This document shows positions 24,524 to 61,600 of a DNA stretch of 64,000 nucleotides, piece after piece. How positions within the stretch are numbered: position 1 is the first letter of the stretch; each line of letters opens with the position of its first letter. The stretch lies in assembly GCA_973895155.1 (NCBI GenBank), contig OZ316899.1, forward strand, positions 8,745,241 to 8,809,240, given 5' to 3'. This stretch comes from Marsupella aquatica (lineage: Eukaryota > Plantae > Marchantiophyta). The translations under genes were made by a program, and so were the position numbers. Below the pieces are notes generated by a model. It did not search any database. It saw nothing but the letters and a program-made list of their open reading frames with translations, and had not been told where the DNA came from.

Positions 24524-25018
24524 GATTTCTCTAGCTTTTCAATAAATTTAATATTGATAGATTTTGTCAAGTATTAAAAAGATAATGAGTTTTTAGTTTT
24601 ACTTTAGCTTTCCAATGAATGACATTGAGAGATTTTATCACAATATTACTAAATAGATCACAAGTTTCTAAATCTTGATCTTGAATTTTTTAATGAATCA
24701 AATATTGATAACTTTTATCAAATACTAAAGAGATTTATTATTTAATTTTATAATATAAAACCAAAGTGATTTTAATTATATACATTTTTATCGATTGATT
24801 TTTTCAAATTTACAAATAATTAAAAAATATAAATATTTTCATATAAAAAACAAAATAAAATATATATTTGATAAACATCGAAATGATAATTTTGTTTTAC
24901 TAAATGATATCTCTTCTTTTGTATTGTAATTTTTTTTTACTTTTAATATTTATGGTATGACACCCAAAAATTACGTTACTTTTTACCACTTTTTTACCAC
25001 AAACAAGAATATGTAAGT

Positions 25019-25205
25019 TTGTTATTATTAAAAATATAATAGTGATTAGTTGTGATGAATGTGCACAAAGAGTAATGTGTACATTTGTTATTGTTAAAAA
25101 TATAATAATTACTGTTTGTGATTAGTTATGATGAATGTTCACATTTATTATTGTTAAAAATATGATCATTCCACTAGTTGTGATTTGTGGCTAGTTGTGA
25201 TGATG
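25019..25205. repeat. Degenerate ~60-65 bp tandem repeat x3
   Basis: TTGTTATT(A/G)TTAAAAATAT...GTGATTAGTT(G/A)TGATGAATGT repeated. Confidence 0.7.
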
Positions 25206-26152
25206 TGACTCAACCTCATGACAAAGAATTTGCAAGAGACCCTTAATGGGTCCATAACCATGAAAATCAAAACCAAGGCTTCCAAGCACTTTGGAAAAGA
25301 AAACTGGCTTCACTGTCAAGAGTCTTGTTCAAGACTTCTAGAAGTTAAGAGTGGAGATCAGAACCAGCTCTAGTGACGATCACTCACATGCAAATCAGTA
25401 TTGCTTTACCCAACAAGCGAAATGTCATGACCATTCTACATTTCTTCCAGTTTCCTGCATTGTAGTGTACGCACACTTCAATCAAGGTAAACTGCAAAAC
25501 CGATATCCTTAAGTCTTGTTCACAACTTCTAAGTATATGGTGTCCAGGATCGTTCCATTTGCCCACTTTGCAAGAAACCAATGAGACGATGTTGTCAGGC
25601 AATTATTCGTTCATCCTTCTGCCAAATCTAAAGGTTTGCTTCAAAATAGGAATAAGTTGCACGAGTTGGACCACGAGCCAATCAAAACTCTACCACGGGA
25701 CGACAAAAGTAATACAAATACAATAACACGAGAGCAAAAACAGACGTTAAAAGAAAATTTTAAAAGGGTGTGCTTACGTCTGCGATCCAGCAATGTACAA
25801 TGACATAGGCATCTTGAACAATGTCACGGTATATTGAGCATACCCAAGACAAACTTCAAATACCATGAATTAAATAGCAGGTCTACTGTGAAGAGATGTG
25901 AAGGACAATCGTATTCCACATTGAATTCAAATTCGTGTCATTCACAGATCCGCATGGTACCTGCATTTGTGCTACACCCATACTCCTGAGAAACCAAGAC
26001 TAGAATATATATTGAATTGTCTACATGAAGCCCTTGCCGACAACTAATAAAAGAGAATTTTCAGAGTGTATCCTGGATGAGCTGAAGAATACTTACAAAG
26101 GCTTCAGAAAAATCGAAGCTAACGCTGAAAAACTACAAACGTATTCAGAATT

Positions 26153-50360
<24,208 letters not shown>

Positions 50361-51413
50361 AGACCTACACAAATTCAGACTTGCAATTTCAAACACCCTG
50401 GAAGCATTGTCTAAAAGCAAACATTTTCATCGTGTTCGTCATCTTCGACTGCCTCAGGCTGCAAGACCAGGCACTTCGATTCGTGCGAGTAGATAGCTGA
50501 TCCTAAAGTATGCACGTGACCGTAGCAAACTCATTGCGACTCGTTGAGTCATGATTTTGACTTCAAGCATCCCCTCCGTGTACACCTTGTAATGGAACAC
50601 TGGGATCTCAGACTTCAGCACCCAAAAACCCTTCTGAATAATTCATTCGTTCAGGACGCCGACCCACAGAAACCTGCCAAGAACGGAAACGTCCATAGTG
50701 TAGAAGCTAAAACTTTACGAGACTGATGGCTGCCGCTTGTTTGTCACTCTCATCGACATTCCAGAAGTTCACCATTTTTACCAGCTACAGTGTGGTGAGC
50801 TTCCTTTTGTCTGGCCCGATGGAAAAGTACTGGGTGACCCACATAAATAGAGCGAGTGCGGATAATTTTGGGGAAGTCAGGAAGGTTTGCGAAATTGTAT
50901 ATGTGAATACATGTGTTGCACAAAAGATATTTAGGTGAGAAAAAATGTTATGAGAGAAATAAATATTGAGAGAAAACTATGTCAAGGAGAAAAGGAGGGA
51001 TATGCTCAATAGATCCCCTCCAAGAAATACTTTATTTGATCAGCCCACTCCAGAACTTTTTTGCCCCAATCAGCCCCTCAATATGGCCCATACCCTTTTC
51101 CTCACTGTAACGCCATATTGCACAGTTTTCAGCCTTAGTGGGTGACTTTTCACATTACCCATTCAACCATGAAGAACTATGCAGTAACCAGACAAAAAGC
51201 AAAGTGACCATGCTAAGATAGATTAGCAACCGGACCACGTAGTTAGAAGTGAAAATCGGGCGTTTGCACGTCTGCTTGCCACTATCAACATGAGGGTTAT
51301 CTTATGCTAATGCAAATACATTGACATGAGTGTATTTGATTTGTAAACCGATTTCCGCGCTTTAGGTTCAAGGTCAAGTGTCATCTTTTGTGGGGGTTCT
51401 AGGTAGGATCAAC

Positions 51414-51628
51414 GTTTCTTTCGTGGTTTTACGGAGGTTTTGGGCAGAGACATCATTTACTGTTGGCGGCGGGCCATTTTGGTGACGATCGTGTTTGTTG
51501 ACAATTGAGCTGGTTGATGATCGTGTTTCTTTCGTGGATTTACGGAGGTTTGGGCAGAGGCATCGTTTACTGTTGGCGGCGGGCCATTTTGGAGATGATC
51601 ATGTTGGTTGACGATCGTGCTGGTCGAC
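51414..51628. repeat. Tandem duplication of ~110 bp
   Basis: GTTTCTTTCGTGG(T/A)TTTACGGAGGTTT...CTGTTGGCGGCGGGCCATTTTGG...GCTGGT occurs twice. Confidence 0.85.
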
Positions 51629-51784
51629 TTCACTCAATTCTGGCAAGTTCCATTTTGCTTGAGTGATTGTTGTTTCTGGTGGTGTTAGATTGAGAGGATC
51701 ACTTCTGGTCTTGATTTTCCTGGCCCTCCTGTGAAAATCCATCACCTAGATTGAACTTCTTCTTTGTGTTTCAACATTCTGTTT

Positions 51785-52898
51785 TCATTTTCCTGCGTGA
51801 TACAAGTGGATGAATGGGTAATCAATATGCTTGCTCATCGGCAAGGATTCTAGCCAGGAGTCCACGTCTGGAGTACCACGAGGCACAATGGAAGGAACTG
51901 GACCACCAAGGAGATGGGGAGGGGAAGATAATAAGAGCTTAGTGGTACAACAATTTCTTTTCTTACATCTAAATTTCCTCAACTCGTTCTCTTCTTCGTT
52001 TGGTCCAGCTATCATCAGTCCCCATTGCTGAAGCTGGTCTCTACTAACCAATAAAGGTGGGCCCCAAACCTCCCTCTGGTTGTTGAAGCGGGCTATGTGG
52101 GATGGCTTGTGCCTGAAAGGGTGGTCTGCAAGAAGATATTGCTTGTGGCCCTGAAATTTGATACTGCCCAAGGAAATGGACTGTTCAGATGTAACACCTG
52201 GGCCACATTGTGTGCAACCTAGATATCCCTTTGCTACCTGCCCAGATATCATGCTATGTCCAGGGTAGTCTGCTATTGATTTAACACACGTTGCACATAG
52301 GTTTACCAGGTCCTCAAAGTGCATCATTTGTCATAACTCCATCTGTCCATAGAGTGACCCATTCCACCACCGCAGGGGCCAACCAAACATCTATATTTGC
52401 ACTCACAGTAGAGTTTGGGCCGGGAATCATAAGACTTAAGATCACAAAAAAATGCTTGGTGGACATCCAAGGTGGGAGATTATAATTTGTCAAAGTGATT
52501 GGCCAGCAAGAATACATGTTGTTCTTGTCTCCAAAAGGATTATCACCGTCAAGGCTTAGACCAAACCTCACATTTACTTTCTCTGCTGCAAAGTCCGGCC
52601 ACTTCTCATCTATGTACTTCCAATGGTTGGAATCTCCAACGTGACGTTGCAAACCATCTATACTCTTGTGATCAGGGGTCCAAGTCATCATCTTAGAAAT
52701 GGATGGACACCTATAGAGGCTCTGCCATCTTGGAATGAGAGGGAAAAGCCGTAGGACCTTAGTAGGTTGAGTTGACTTCCCCGTGTTCTTATATCCGTGC
52801 TTTCCGCCGGTAGGGCAAGACGTACAGGCAATCAACACATTGTTTTCAAAGAAGTACATGGCCATTTGGGCATGCATGGATAGATGTGACATGGGCAA
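51785..52898 (-). mobile_element. CACTA/En-Spm TNP2 (Transposase_21-type) transposase fragment, frameshifted
   Basis: KVLRLFPLIPR, WPDFAAEKVNVRFGLSLDGDNPF, YSCWPITLTNYNLPPW, MIPGP, IDVWLAP, IADYPG. Confidence 0.9.
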
Positions 52899-53396
52899 TG
52901 TGTCACTTACCCTTGGACCAATTAGTAGATTAGGACATATATGGTCATTAGGATTGTATACGTGCAGTTAGGAATAGTATGCATAGCAATTTAGCAGTTA
53001 TGATTAGGCTAGGGATAGGTTAGTCAACATAGTGAGTGTTGATTAAGATGCGCACTATTATGTCCATTCATTGTACCATGACAAAGGAGTAAAAGTTTGT
53101 AATGGCAAATCACGTTTGGACCAAGTTGAGTACTTCAATTGGGAGATGGCGGCTGCAAGTACTCAACAATCTCATGTCCAAAGTCCCTTGCGAGCACCCA
53201 TAAGAACCCCTTTGGTGGCTTGTCAACTCATTTGCTACCTCGCGCCTTGCCATTGTTGTTGCCTACTTGACCTATTTGCACATATGCTCAACTGCCACTC
53301 AGAGTTGACATTGTTTTCTTCAAGGAAAATTGAAGGATAGTGTGCAATGTAGCGGAATCTAGTTAGGTGCAATATAAGGTGATGATCAGGAGCTCT

Positions 53397-54888
53397 AGTT
53401 GTGGAACTTGACTACTTAACACTTAGCTTCGGTGTCGTTGACTCCAACATTGAGCTCCCCTACGGTCCAATCCCAAAATGTGGCCATCCGGGGAGGACTC
53501 AGCATAGGGAGACTTGTGGGCAATGGGGCGTGGCACTGGCAAAGGCAAGGCGCTAAGCTGGTGACACACACAAAGGACTTAGAGTAGCTGAGGGCTGGTT
53601 GGGTAATGGGAAAGGACCGGAATCAGGGTCGACCATCCGGACCCCTGGACGGACTTTGAGTTCTGAGGGCTTGAGTGAGAGCTCCTCTTGGGCCAAGGCT
53701 AATAGTTTACTTCATGCACAACGAACGCTTGGGGCATGAGTTACGGCCCAACCTAGGTTTGGCAGCTTGGGGCCTTGGGTGACAATGGGTTTTTGAGGCA
53801 AGCTTGAGCACTGGGTCGGCCCGATCATAATGAGCTAAGGCAATCCACCTACGGATGCCTAACTAGAAAATTATGGGCATAGTCAATTGGTGGCTTGCCC
53901 AAACATGCGGGTTGGGGTCCAGGTGGGGGGCCAAAATTTGGGAACCAAAGTAGGGCTAGGGGTGGCAGGTCTCTAGAAGCATATATGAGGGGAGTGGTGT
54001 CTCCCTGGGGGCTAAGGGTGAGAGCGCAAGTTGTGAGCCGCGGCAATCGCGACACTAAAGGAAAACGTCAAACGGAAATGATGATAACTTCCCAACGGGA
54101 AGTCCGTTGGAGAACTTCTTGGGTGCGTTAGAAGTCTCTCAAGGAGGACTACATCCTCTAGAGCTCAGCTGGGTCTAAGGGTGGCATGGATTCTTGGGGT
54201 TTGCGGGGGATATCTTGTCCGCTTGCCAAATCCAAAACAACAGCCAAGTCGCATTCAGTCTCACAAGGGAGCTTGCGTTGGGCAGACAAGGCCAAGTAGG
54301 CATGGAGGTTGAGTTCCAAGTGTACTTGGCCCCTAGGATATCACTGGGGTGAGAGCCGGGAGTTGGTTGTTAGGGTCGAGACTATTCTAGTCCCGGCGTG
54401 TTGGGACAAGCTGGAGGACAAGCTACGCTATTTGGGCCATGAGCATGTCATGGGGGCAAGTTGGTGATGGATAGGTATGACCAGATGCACCCAAAGAGGG
54501 ACTGTTCTAGAGGAACAGTGGGTGTCGGCTTTGGTTCCAGCTTATGGCAACGGGAGGACCTATTGTTGACCTACTTACCAAGGTCTGTTGAGCTTGAGTT
54601 ATGATGCTAGACTTGGGTGGTCTAGATCCTTTTGAGGTTATTTACTGGAGTGTTTGGTTGCTTGTGCAGACATTGAGGATTGTTGAGCGATGGTCGTGTT
54701 AAGGAGCAAGTGCGGCTTCGTATGGGAGGCGTCATAGGTGGTGCTAAGGGCATCAAGTTGCTTGCTCAAGGAGTTCCGTGGAGTCATTTGGGCATCAAGG
54801 GCACTTAGGCATGGTTGTTGGGATTGGTGAGGGCGTTGGGTGGCAAGGTCCACCACTGCTCTCCATAGGAGATAGCGGACCTTCCACA
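53397..54888 (+). repeat. Gypsy-type LTR copy (solo or partial), inverted relative to 55034-56522
   Basis: Reverse-complement match to 55034-56520 along its length; ends GGACCTTCCACA. Confidence 0.75.
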
Positions 54889-54900
54889 ATGAGGAGAAAA

Positions 54901-57840
54901 TGTGGCATGGGGGACAAGCTCTACCAACGGACAAAGAAGGTTAGTATGACCTGTACCGCCCCGGATTTTGGACCCTGTTTGGGGAGGTACAATCCAAGCT
55001 ATCAAAGACTGGTATTCTTGCCCCAAGAAGGGTGCAAGTGGTGGACCTGGCCACCCAGCGCCCTCACCAATCCCAACACCCACGCCTAAGTGCCCCTGGT
55101 GCCGAAATGCCTCCACAGAATACCTTGAGCAAGCAACCTGGTGCCCCTTGCACTGCCTGTGGCCCCTCCCATACAAAGTCGCCACTTGCTCCCCAACACG
55201 ACGGCTACTCAATGATCCTCACTGTCTGCATAAGCAACCAAGCATCTCGGTAAGTAACCCTTAGGATCTAGATCTCCCAAGTCTAGCATCCTAACTCAAG
55301 CTCAACAAACATTGGTAAGTAGGTCAGCAATAGGTCCTCCTGATGCCATAAGCTGAAACCAGAACCGACGCTCATTGTTCGTCCAAAACAACTCCTTCCT
55401 TGGGTGCAGCCCAGGTTCTCCCTTGCACCTCTTCATCACCGGGCTGACTGCCCTGCCCCAGGACATGCTCATGGCCCAATAAGCGTACCTTGTCCTAAAG
55501 CTTGTCCCAACACACCAAAATGACCAAAATGATCCTGACTCTAGCAACCAACTCATGGTTCTCACCCCACTGATGGTCTAGGGGCCAAGTTCCTTGGAAC
55601 TCATCCTCCATGCCTACTTGGCCTTGCCTCCCCAACACAAGCTCCCTTGAGAGACTAAACGCGACTCGACTGCTATTTCAGCAAGATTTGGCAAGCGGGC
55701 GAGATAACCATCGCAAACCCCAAGAACCTATGGCACCCTTAGACCCATCCAAGCCTAGGAGGATGTAGCCCTCCTTGAGAGATTTCCAACACACCCAAGA
55801 AGTCCTCCAACGAACTTCCCGTCGGGAAGTTATTGCCGTTTCCGTTTGACATTTTCCCTTAGTGTTGCGACCGCCGCGACTCACGACTTTGGCTCGCCCT
55901 TATCTCCCAGGGAGACATCACTACCCTCATATATGCTTCTAGAGACCTGTCACCCCCACACCAACTTTGGTACCCAAATTTTGGCCCCTCACTTGGACCC
56001 CAACCCGCATGTCTAGGCGGGCCACCAACTAGCAATGTCCATAACTTTCTAGTTAGGCGTCCGTAAGCAGAGTGCCTTAGCCCGTTCTGATTGGGCCGAC
56101 CTAGTCCTCATGCCTAGGCCCTCAGATGTCATCATCGCCAAGGGCCCTTCATTGGCCAAACCCGGATCGGGCCAGAACTCGTGCCCCAAGCGTCCGTTGC
56201 CCATGGAATCAACTTCATTGGCCTTGGGCCCAACAGGAGCTCTCACTCAAGCCCTCATAAGTCAAAGTCCGCTCGGGGGTCCGGACGGTTGACCTTGAGC
56301 CCGGCCCTTTCCGCTGACCCAACCAGCCCTCAGCTAGTCTAAGTCTTTAGTGTGTGTCACCAGCTCAACGCCTTGCCTTCGCCAGTGCCACGCCCCATTA
56401 CCCACAAGTGTCCCCATGCTGAGTCTCCCTGGATGGCCGTTCTGGGCCTGGACCATAAGGAAGCTTGGCGTCAGAGTCAGTGATATTGGAGCTAAGTGTT
56501 AAGGTAGTTGAGTTCCATGACGTGTACACCCCCTTAAAAATGGTCACGTCCGCGTGACCTAAGTAAATGTTTCAACACACCTAGACCATTCTGAAAAATA
56601 TTATATGGTAACAAATGGTTTGCCCGTAAGGCTGATGCAAACCCGGTTGGTGTGCGCATTCCAAACTTAGGAAATTCCAACCTATCCCACTTATCCAAGT
56701 AGGATGTCAGTCCGAGCAGGTAAGCCAACTCCAAACTTGTCAGACTCTTTGTTCTCCCCTTTGGGTACTCCCTTTAGTTTGAACTAACCAGCCCAAAGAT
56801 GTGAGGCGAGTACCATCAACTTCCACTCGCGAAAAACAAATTGGCCGCCCAACAACCTCTAGAGCCCACGCAATCCAACTTTATCCTTAAGAGGCCGAGA
56901 GGAGTGAAACTAGGATACAACTCACAAAGGTAGCCACAATTGTTTGTACTAGTTCACAACGGCGGTAGGCCGCTTGGCTTACGATAGTTGCCAAGGATCT
57001 TTGGGGCATTACCCAAATTTTCTTCCGGCTCCCAAGTACTTTTGGCTTGGTCATAGCCTGCCCACTTCACCAAATACTCTAAGATTTGCCTTCCTAGCTT
57101 GCATTTGTAACAATGGTCCAGAATTGCCTCCACCTCAAACTCCTCCGCATCCTCCACTAGCATGGCGTCCAAATTCAATACCTGATACCGGGATCAGTAT
57201 CTTTGACAAATTTCTTGAGTCGGCTAACATGGTAGCTTTTGCCTACGCCCATTTCCTTGGGTGTCTCCAACACCACCAAAACTGGATTATCCTTGTGGGC
57301 CCATCGTATGATGCGATTGGGCTTCGCATATCTGGAAGCTAGCTTCCTACTTATGTTCCCGTGGTACTGTTCAATTCTCAACTACAACCAGACGCTCTCC
57401 ACAATTTCAAAGCTTACCTAGCGTCGATGTTTATCCCCTTGCTCCTTGTACCAACTTTGGGCAAGGGTACGTCATACCCTTGGTAGTTGCTTCCACAACT
57501 AGGCGCCGCTCTCAAATAAAATCATCTGCAGAAGGAACCTTGCTTTCCTTTCGCCAAGCTTCTAGATTTATGAACTAGGAGGGCGCCCTTGGTGTCCTCC
57601 CTGTGGCCAACACAAACAACACACCCCGTTGCCGAATGCTTGGTAGAGTTATACCTAAACTTGGCCATTGTTAAGTGCGTTGCCCAATCCTTTTCATTGG
57701 CCGTCACAAAATGACGCAAATAGTCTTCCACATTACCATTCACCCGTTCCATTTGGCCATTTGTCGCATGATGATATGTTGATCCCCTAGTAAGGTCTAT
57801 GCCGGATAATCAGAACAACGCCTCCCAGAAGTGGCCCATC
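54901..57840 (-). mobile_element. 3' portion of a Ty3/gypsy chromovirus: integrase C-terminus, chromodomain, PPT, 3' LTR
   Basis: ERVNGNVEDYLRHFV...YNSTKHSATG (integrase); YHVSRLK; chromodomain EEFEVEAILDH...YLVKWAGYD...TWEPEENL at 56954-57178. PPT AAGGGGG at ~56529-56535, then the LTR from 56522 downward. Confidence 0.88.
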
Positions 57841-58662
57841 ATATTAATCCACAATGAATATGTAAAATTGAGCAAAATTTGGAGAATTTGACATCATTGA
57901 TGACTAACTTCATTGTACAGCATCAACAACAACGACAGACAAGGCAATCTAATGATGTACAGTTACCTACATCATTGCCAAGTGGTACTAAGGTTGCTAT
58001 TGAACCAAAAGGCAGTAGCAGAAAGCGGTCTCTGACTTTCTCTAGTGACTGCCCTGGTAAGTACTTGATAACTTGGCCCATTTAGACTTGCACATAATAC
58101 AATCTCTTGCACAGAATATGGTCTCTTCTCACACTTTAATTTTTCTAAGCAATGGTTGTTTTGGATTGTCATAGCTTCTTCAGGAGAGAATCCTGTATCG
58201 CAGGGAGCAAAGACCATTTCTTCAGGAGAGAATCATAATTTGCAAGGAACAAATTTTGACGTGATAACAATTAAAGAGCCATCTCTTGTACAAGAACAAG
58301 GAGAAGACCCAGTTATTGTCCGTGAGCAAGATGATCTTGAGAAAGAAACCATAGATGTAGTGGCTACGGAACATGCAACACCAGTGAAGAAATCAAAGAA
58401 GTCCAAGAAATCAACTTCTGATCCTGTCTCGCCCAGTGTACATCGTGTACCAGTAGTCACTAGTAGAAACCAGGGCAATTTAGACTGAACCTTTTAGGAC
58501 TAAGCCCACTAAGTCCTTTTGACAGACTTTAAATGACTGAGAACCATTGCACCGGTTCACACAACTACTAGGATAGAGTGTCAGTGTTTAATGGTTTATG
58601 AAAAAACTATTGAAGGTAACTTTGCTACTTTGTGAAGGATGAACACTCTAGAATGTCAATGG

Positions 58663-61600
58663 TGTTGTAAACCATAGTTTACCCTTAACCCTAGAATAAG
58701 GTTACCTTTAACCTTACATGATGTAACCCAATGGCTATATAAAGCCATACCTTAATGGAGTGAAGTATCTATTACTATGATGAAAAACCTTGTCTCACAA
58801 CACGTTATCAGCACGAGTATGCTCTACACACCAAAAAAAATATAGAATACATGCCTCGATGTTTCAACGAGGACAATATCATTTCATGGTTCACTTTTTT
58901 CAAAAATAACTGCCCCAACCATTTTTTTACTCGCCATAGCCCCCAATCACCTTCCAAAAATTCCACCCAATCTTGACCCACCGAGCAGATTCCATTATTT
59001 TTTTTACCTACTCATAGTAGTCAATCTCTTAGACGCGTAGTCTCCATTTCTTTTATCCCTTTCTTTCGCACATCAAAGACCCAATAGAAATCCGAAGTGA
59101 ATGCCAAGATCAAACACGATTGAGACAAGACAGAGACAAAATTAAATCAAATTCCGATCCGCAACCAACAATGTGCGAAATATTACAATTATAGAAGACA
59201 CCAAGTCGACCTCCAATATATAATCGACGATGAATACAGTTGAGAAACTGCTCTGGCCGGCACTAAAATTTGATGGTTCAAATTATTTGACATGGATAAA
59301 ACGAAACATATTTTGCATCCCAAGAGTTGGACGACACACTATATACAGATGCAAATCTAACTCTGAAACAGAAAGCTAAAGTTGCATTCCTGTTGAGACA
59401 ACACCTATCACCACAACTGAAGAATGAATATATGAATGAGGTAAACCCACGAAAGCTATGGGACCAACTCAAATCAAGATTTGATCATATGAGAGAAATA
59501 TGGCTCCCCGAAGCACGAAGGGACTGGCATAACCTACGAGTCATGGACCACACATCAATCGCAAACTATAACAGCGCATTATTTAGAATTACATCTCAAC
59601 TTGAAATGTGTGGCCACCCAGTAAACAATAACGACCGAATTGACAAAACATTGTCAACATTCCCAGAAGCCAACATAGCACTGGGAACCCAATACCGAAA
59701 TATGAATTTTATGACTTATTCGGACCTTATAGCCCACTTATTAGTTGAAGAGAAACAACAAATCGTAGCACTTCATAATGCAAGAAAAAGACCAGCAGGA
59801 TCTGATCCACCACCCCATCGGCTAGAAGCAAATTACAGCAGCTATAACGACGACAGACGAGGAAACAATGGAGGCCAAACAACATATAGGGGAGAAGAGG
59901 AAAATTCAGGGGACAAGGACGATACCACCCGTCGAGCAGTCGTACGTTCCTACCACCTCGCAACACATGGAAATGCGGACCAAACTCAGGCAGGGGCAGA
60001 TGGCAAAACCTCCAAAACAAGACCACAAGCAACCATCAAAAACTATGTTATAGATGCGGCAAGATAGGCCACATTAGGAAAGACTGCAAAGCATCAGACC
60101 AGGAGGCACAACGATATACTAATGAAAGAAACCAAACGAGACACACTCCACAAGGCAACTACATGGAAATCGAAGAGGACATCGCAACATACAAAGAAAC
60201 CGAAGTTCAAATAGAAACACGTACAGACACACCAAACCTGCAGCACCCACCATTTAATGACCCCAATATAGGCATCATCGACAGCGGAACCTCGCATACG
60301 ATACTGCAACATAATAAATACTTCGAATATATCACCCCATCCTCGAGAACACTGACTACAATCGCCGGACCCAACCAAATCGAAGAAGGCAAAGGCAAAG
60401 CAACAATTCTACTCCTAGGAGGAACCAAAATAGATATAGCAGCTGCAATATATGCCCCAACAGCTACACGAAACCTGATCAGCTTCCACAACATACGCGC
60501 TAATCAATATCAATTGAGAATAGAAAAACAAGGTGAAACCAAAACCCTACAAATACTCCAAGACAAGGAAGGCATACCACAAATTTTGGAGATATTACCC
60601 TTAATACCACCTGACCTATATGCAGCTCCTATCCAAGCATACCACATCGAACAAAACACATCCGACATAACACATACCTGGCATTGCAGACTCGGTCACC
60701 CTGGAACTAACATGTACAGCAGAATTATCAGAGACTCCACAGGAATCCCCAAGATGGCCAAACCCAATGCCAGGAAGACACAATGTATGGCCTGCTTGCA
60801 AGGCAAAATGATAACACGCCCATCGATCCCGAAAACTGAATATAAAATCCCCAACTTCTCAATGCGGATATCTGCGGCCCTATTGACCCTCCTAGTGGCC
60901 CATTCAAGTACTTCCTAGTACTCATTGACTCAACTAAATGGTCACAGATCTCCCTACTCTCAACACGCAACTTGGTCTTTGCAAGAATATTGGCCCACAT
61001 TTTAAAATTAAGAGCTCAGTTCCCTGAGCACCCCACACGTATACTAAGAGCTGATGGAGCAGGAGAATTCACTTCGAAAGCCTTCGACGACTTCTGTTGG
61101 GCAGCTGGAATCGATACCCAGTACTCAGTCCCACATGTACACTTCCAAAACGGCATAGCCGAATCAGTTATTAAACGACTACAAATGGTTGCAAGACCAA
61201 TGTTAATGCACTCAAACTTACCACTATCCGCCTGGGGACATGCTATCCTACATGCATCAACACTACTCAAATATAGACCGTCTGCATATAACTCAAAGAC
61301 CCCATATCATTTGGCATTAGGAACGCCACCGGATTTATCACACTTATGAATATTCGGATGCAAAGTTATGGTCCCAACCTTAGGACCTAAAAGGACAAAA
61401 ATTGGCCCCCAACGACACCCCGGCATATATGTAGGATTTGATTCCACATCCATTATCCGATACCTCGAACCTACCGCATCAAATCTATTCAAAGCTCGAC
61501 ACCAAGACACCACTTCTACAAAGACAAATTCCCAACACTATCAACAGACGCAACATTATACAACCAGATCCAACAGAACCTCAATTGGAATAATCTAAAC

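Larger units (their letters stand above)
18370..24730. repeat. Degenerate ~60-70 bp AT-rich tandem array split by the copia-2 insertion (18370-18643 and 24524-24730)
   Basis: Recurring units like GATCATGAGTTT..AATTTCTTTAGCTTTCCAATGA..ATTGA..ATTTTGTCAA on both flanks. Confidence 0.65.

Noticed and set aside
50995-51090. TIR-like sequence GGGATATGCTCAATAGATCCCC near the CACTA fragment
   Set aside because: No partner end or TSD found, and it is not a CACTA terminus.
52901-53396. Possible additional LTR starting TGTCAC that interrupts TNP2
   Set aside because: No matching second copy, PBS or PPT seen in the window.
53849-56292. Numerous short ORFs on both strands
   Set aside because: They lie within GC-rich LTR inverted arms and mirror each other; no protein motifs.
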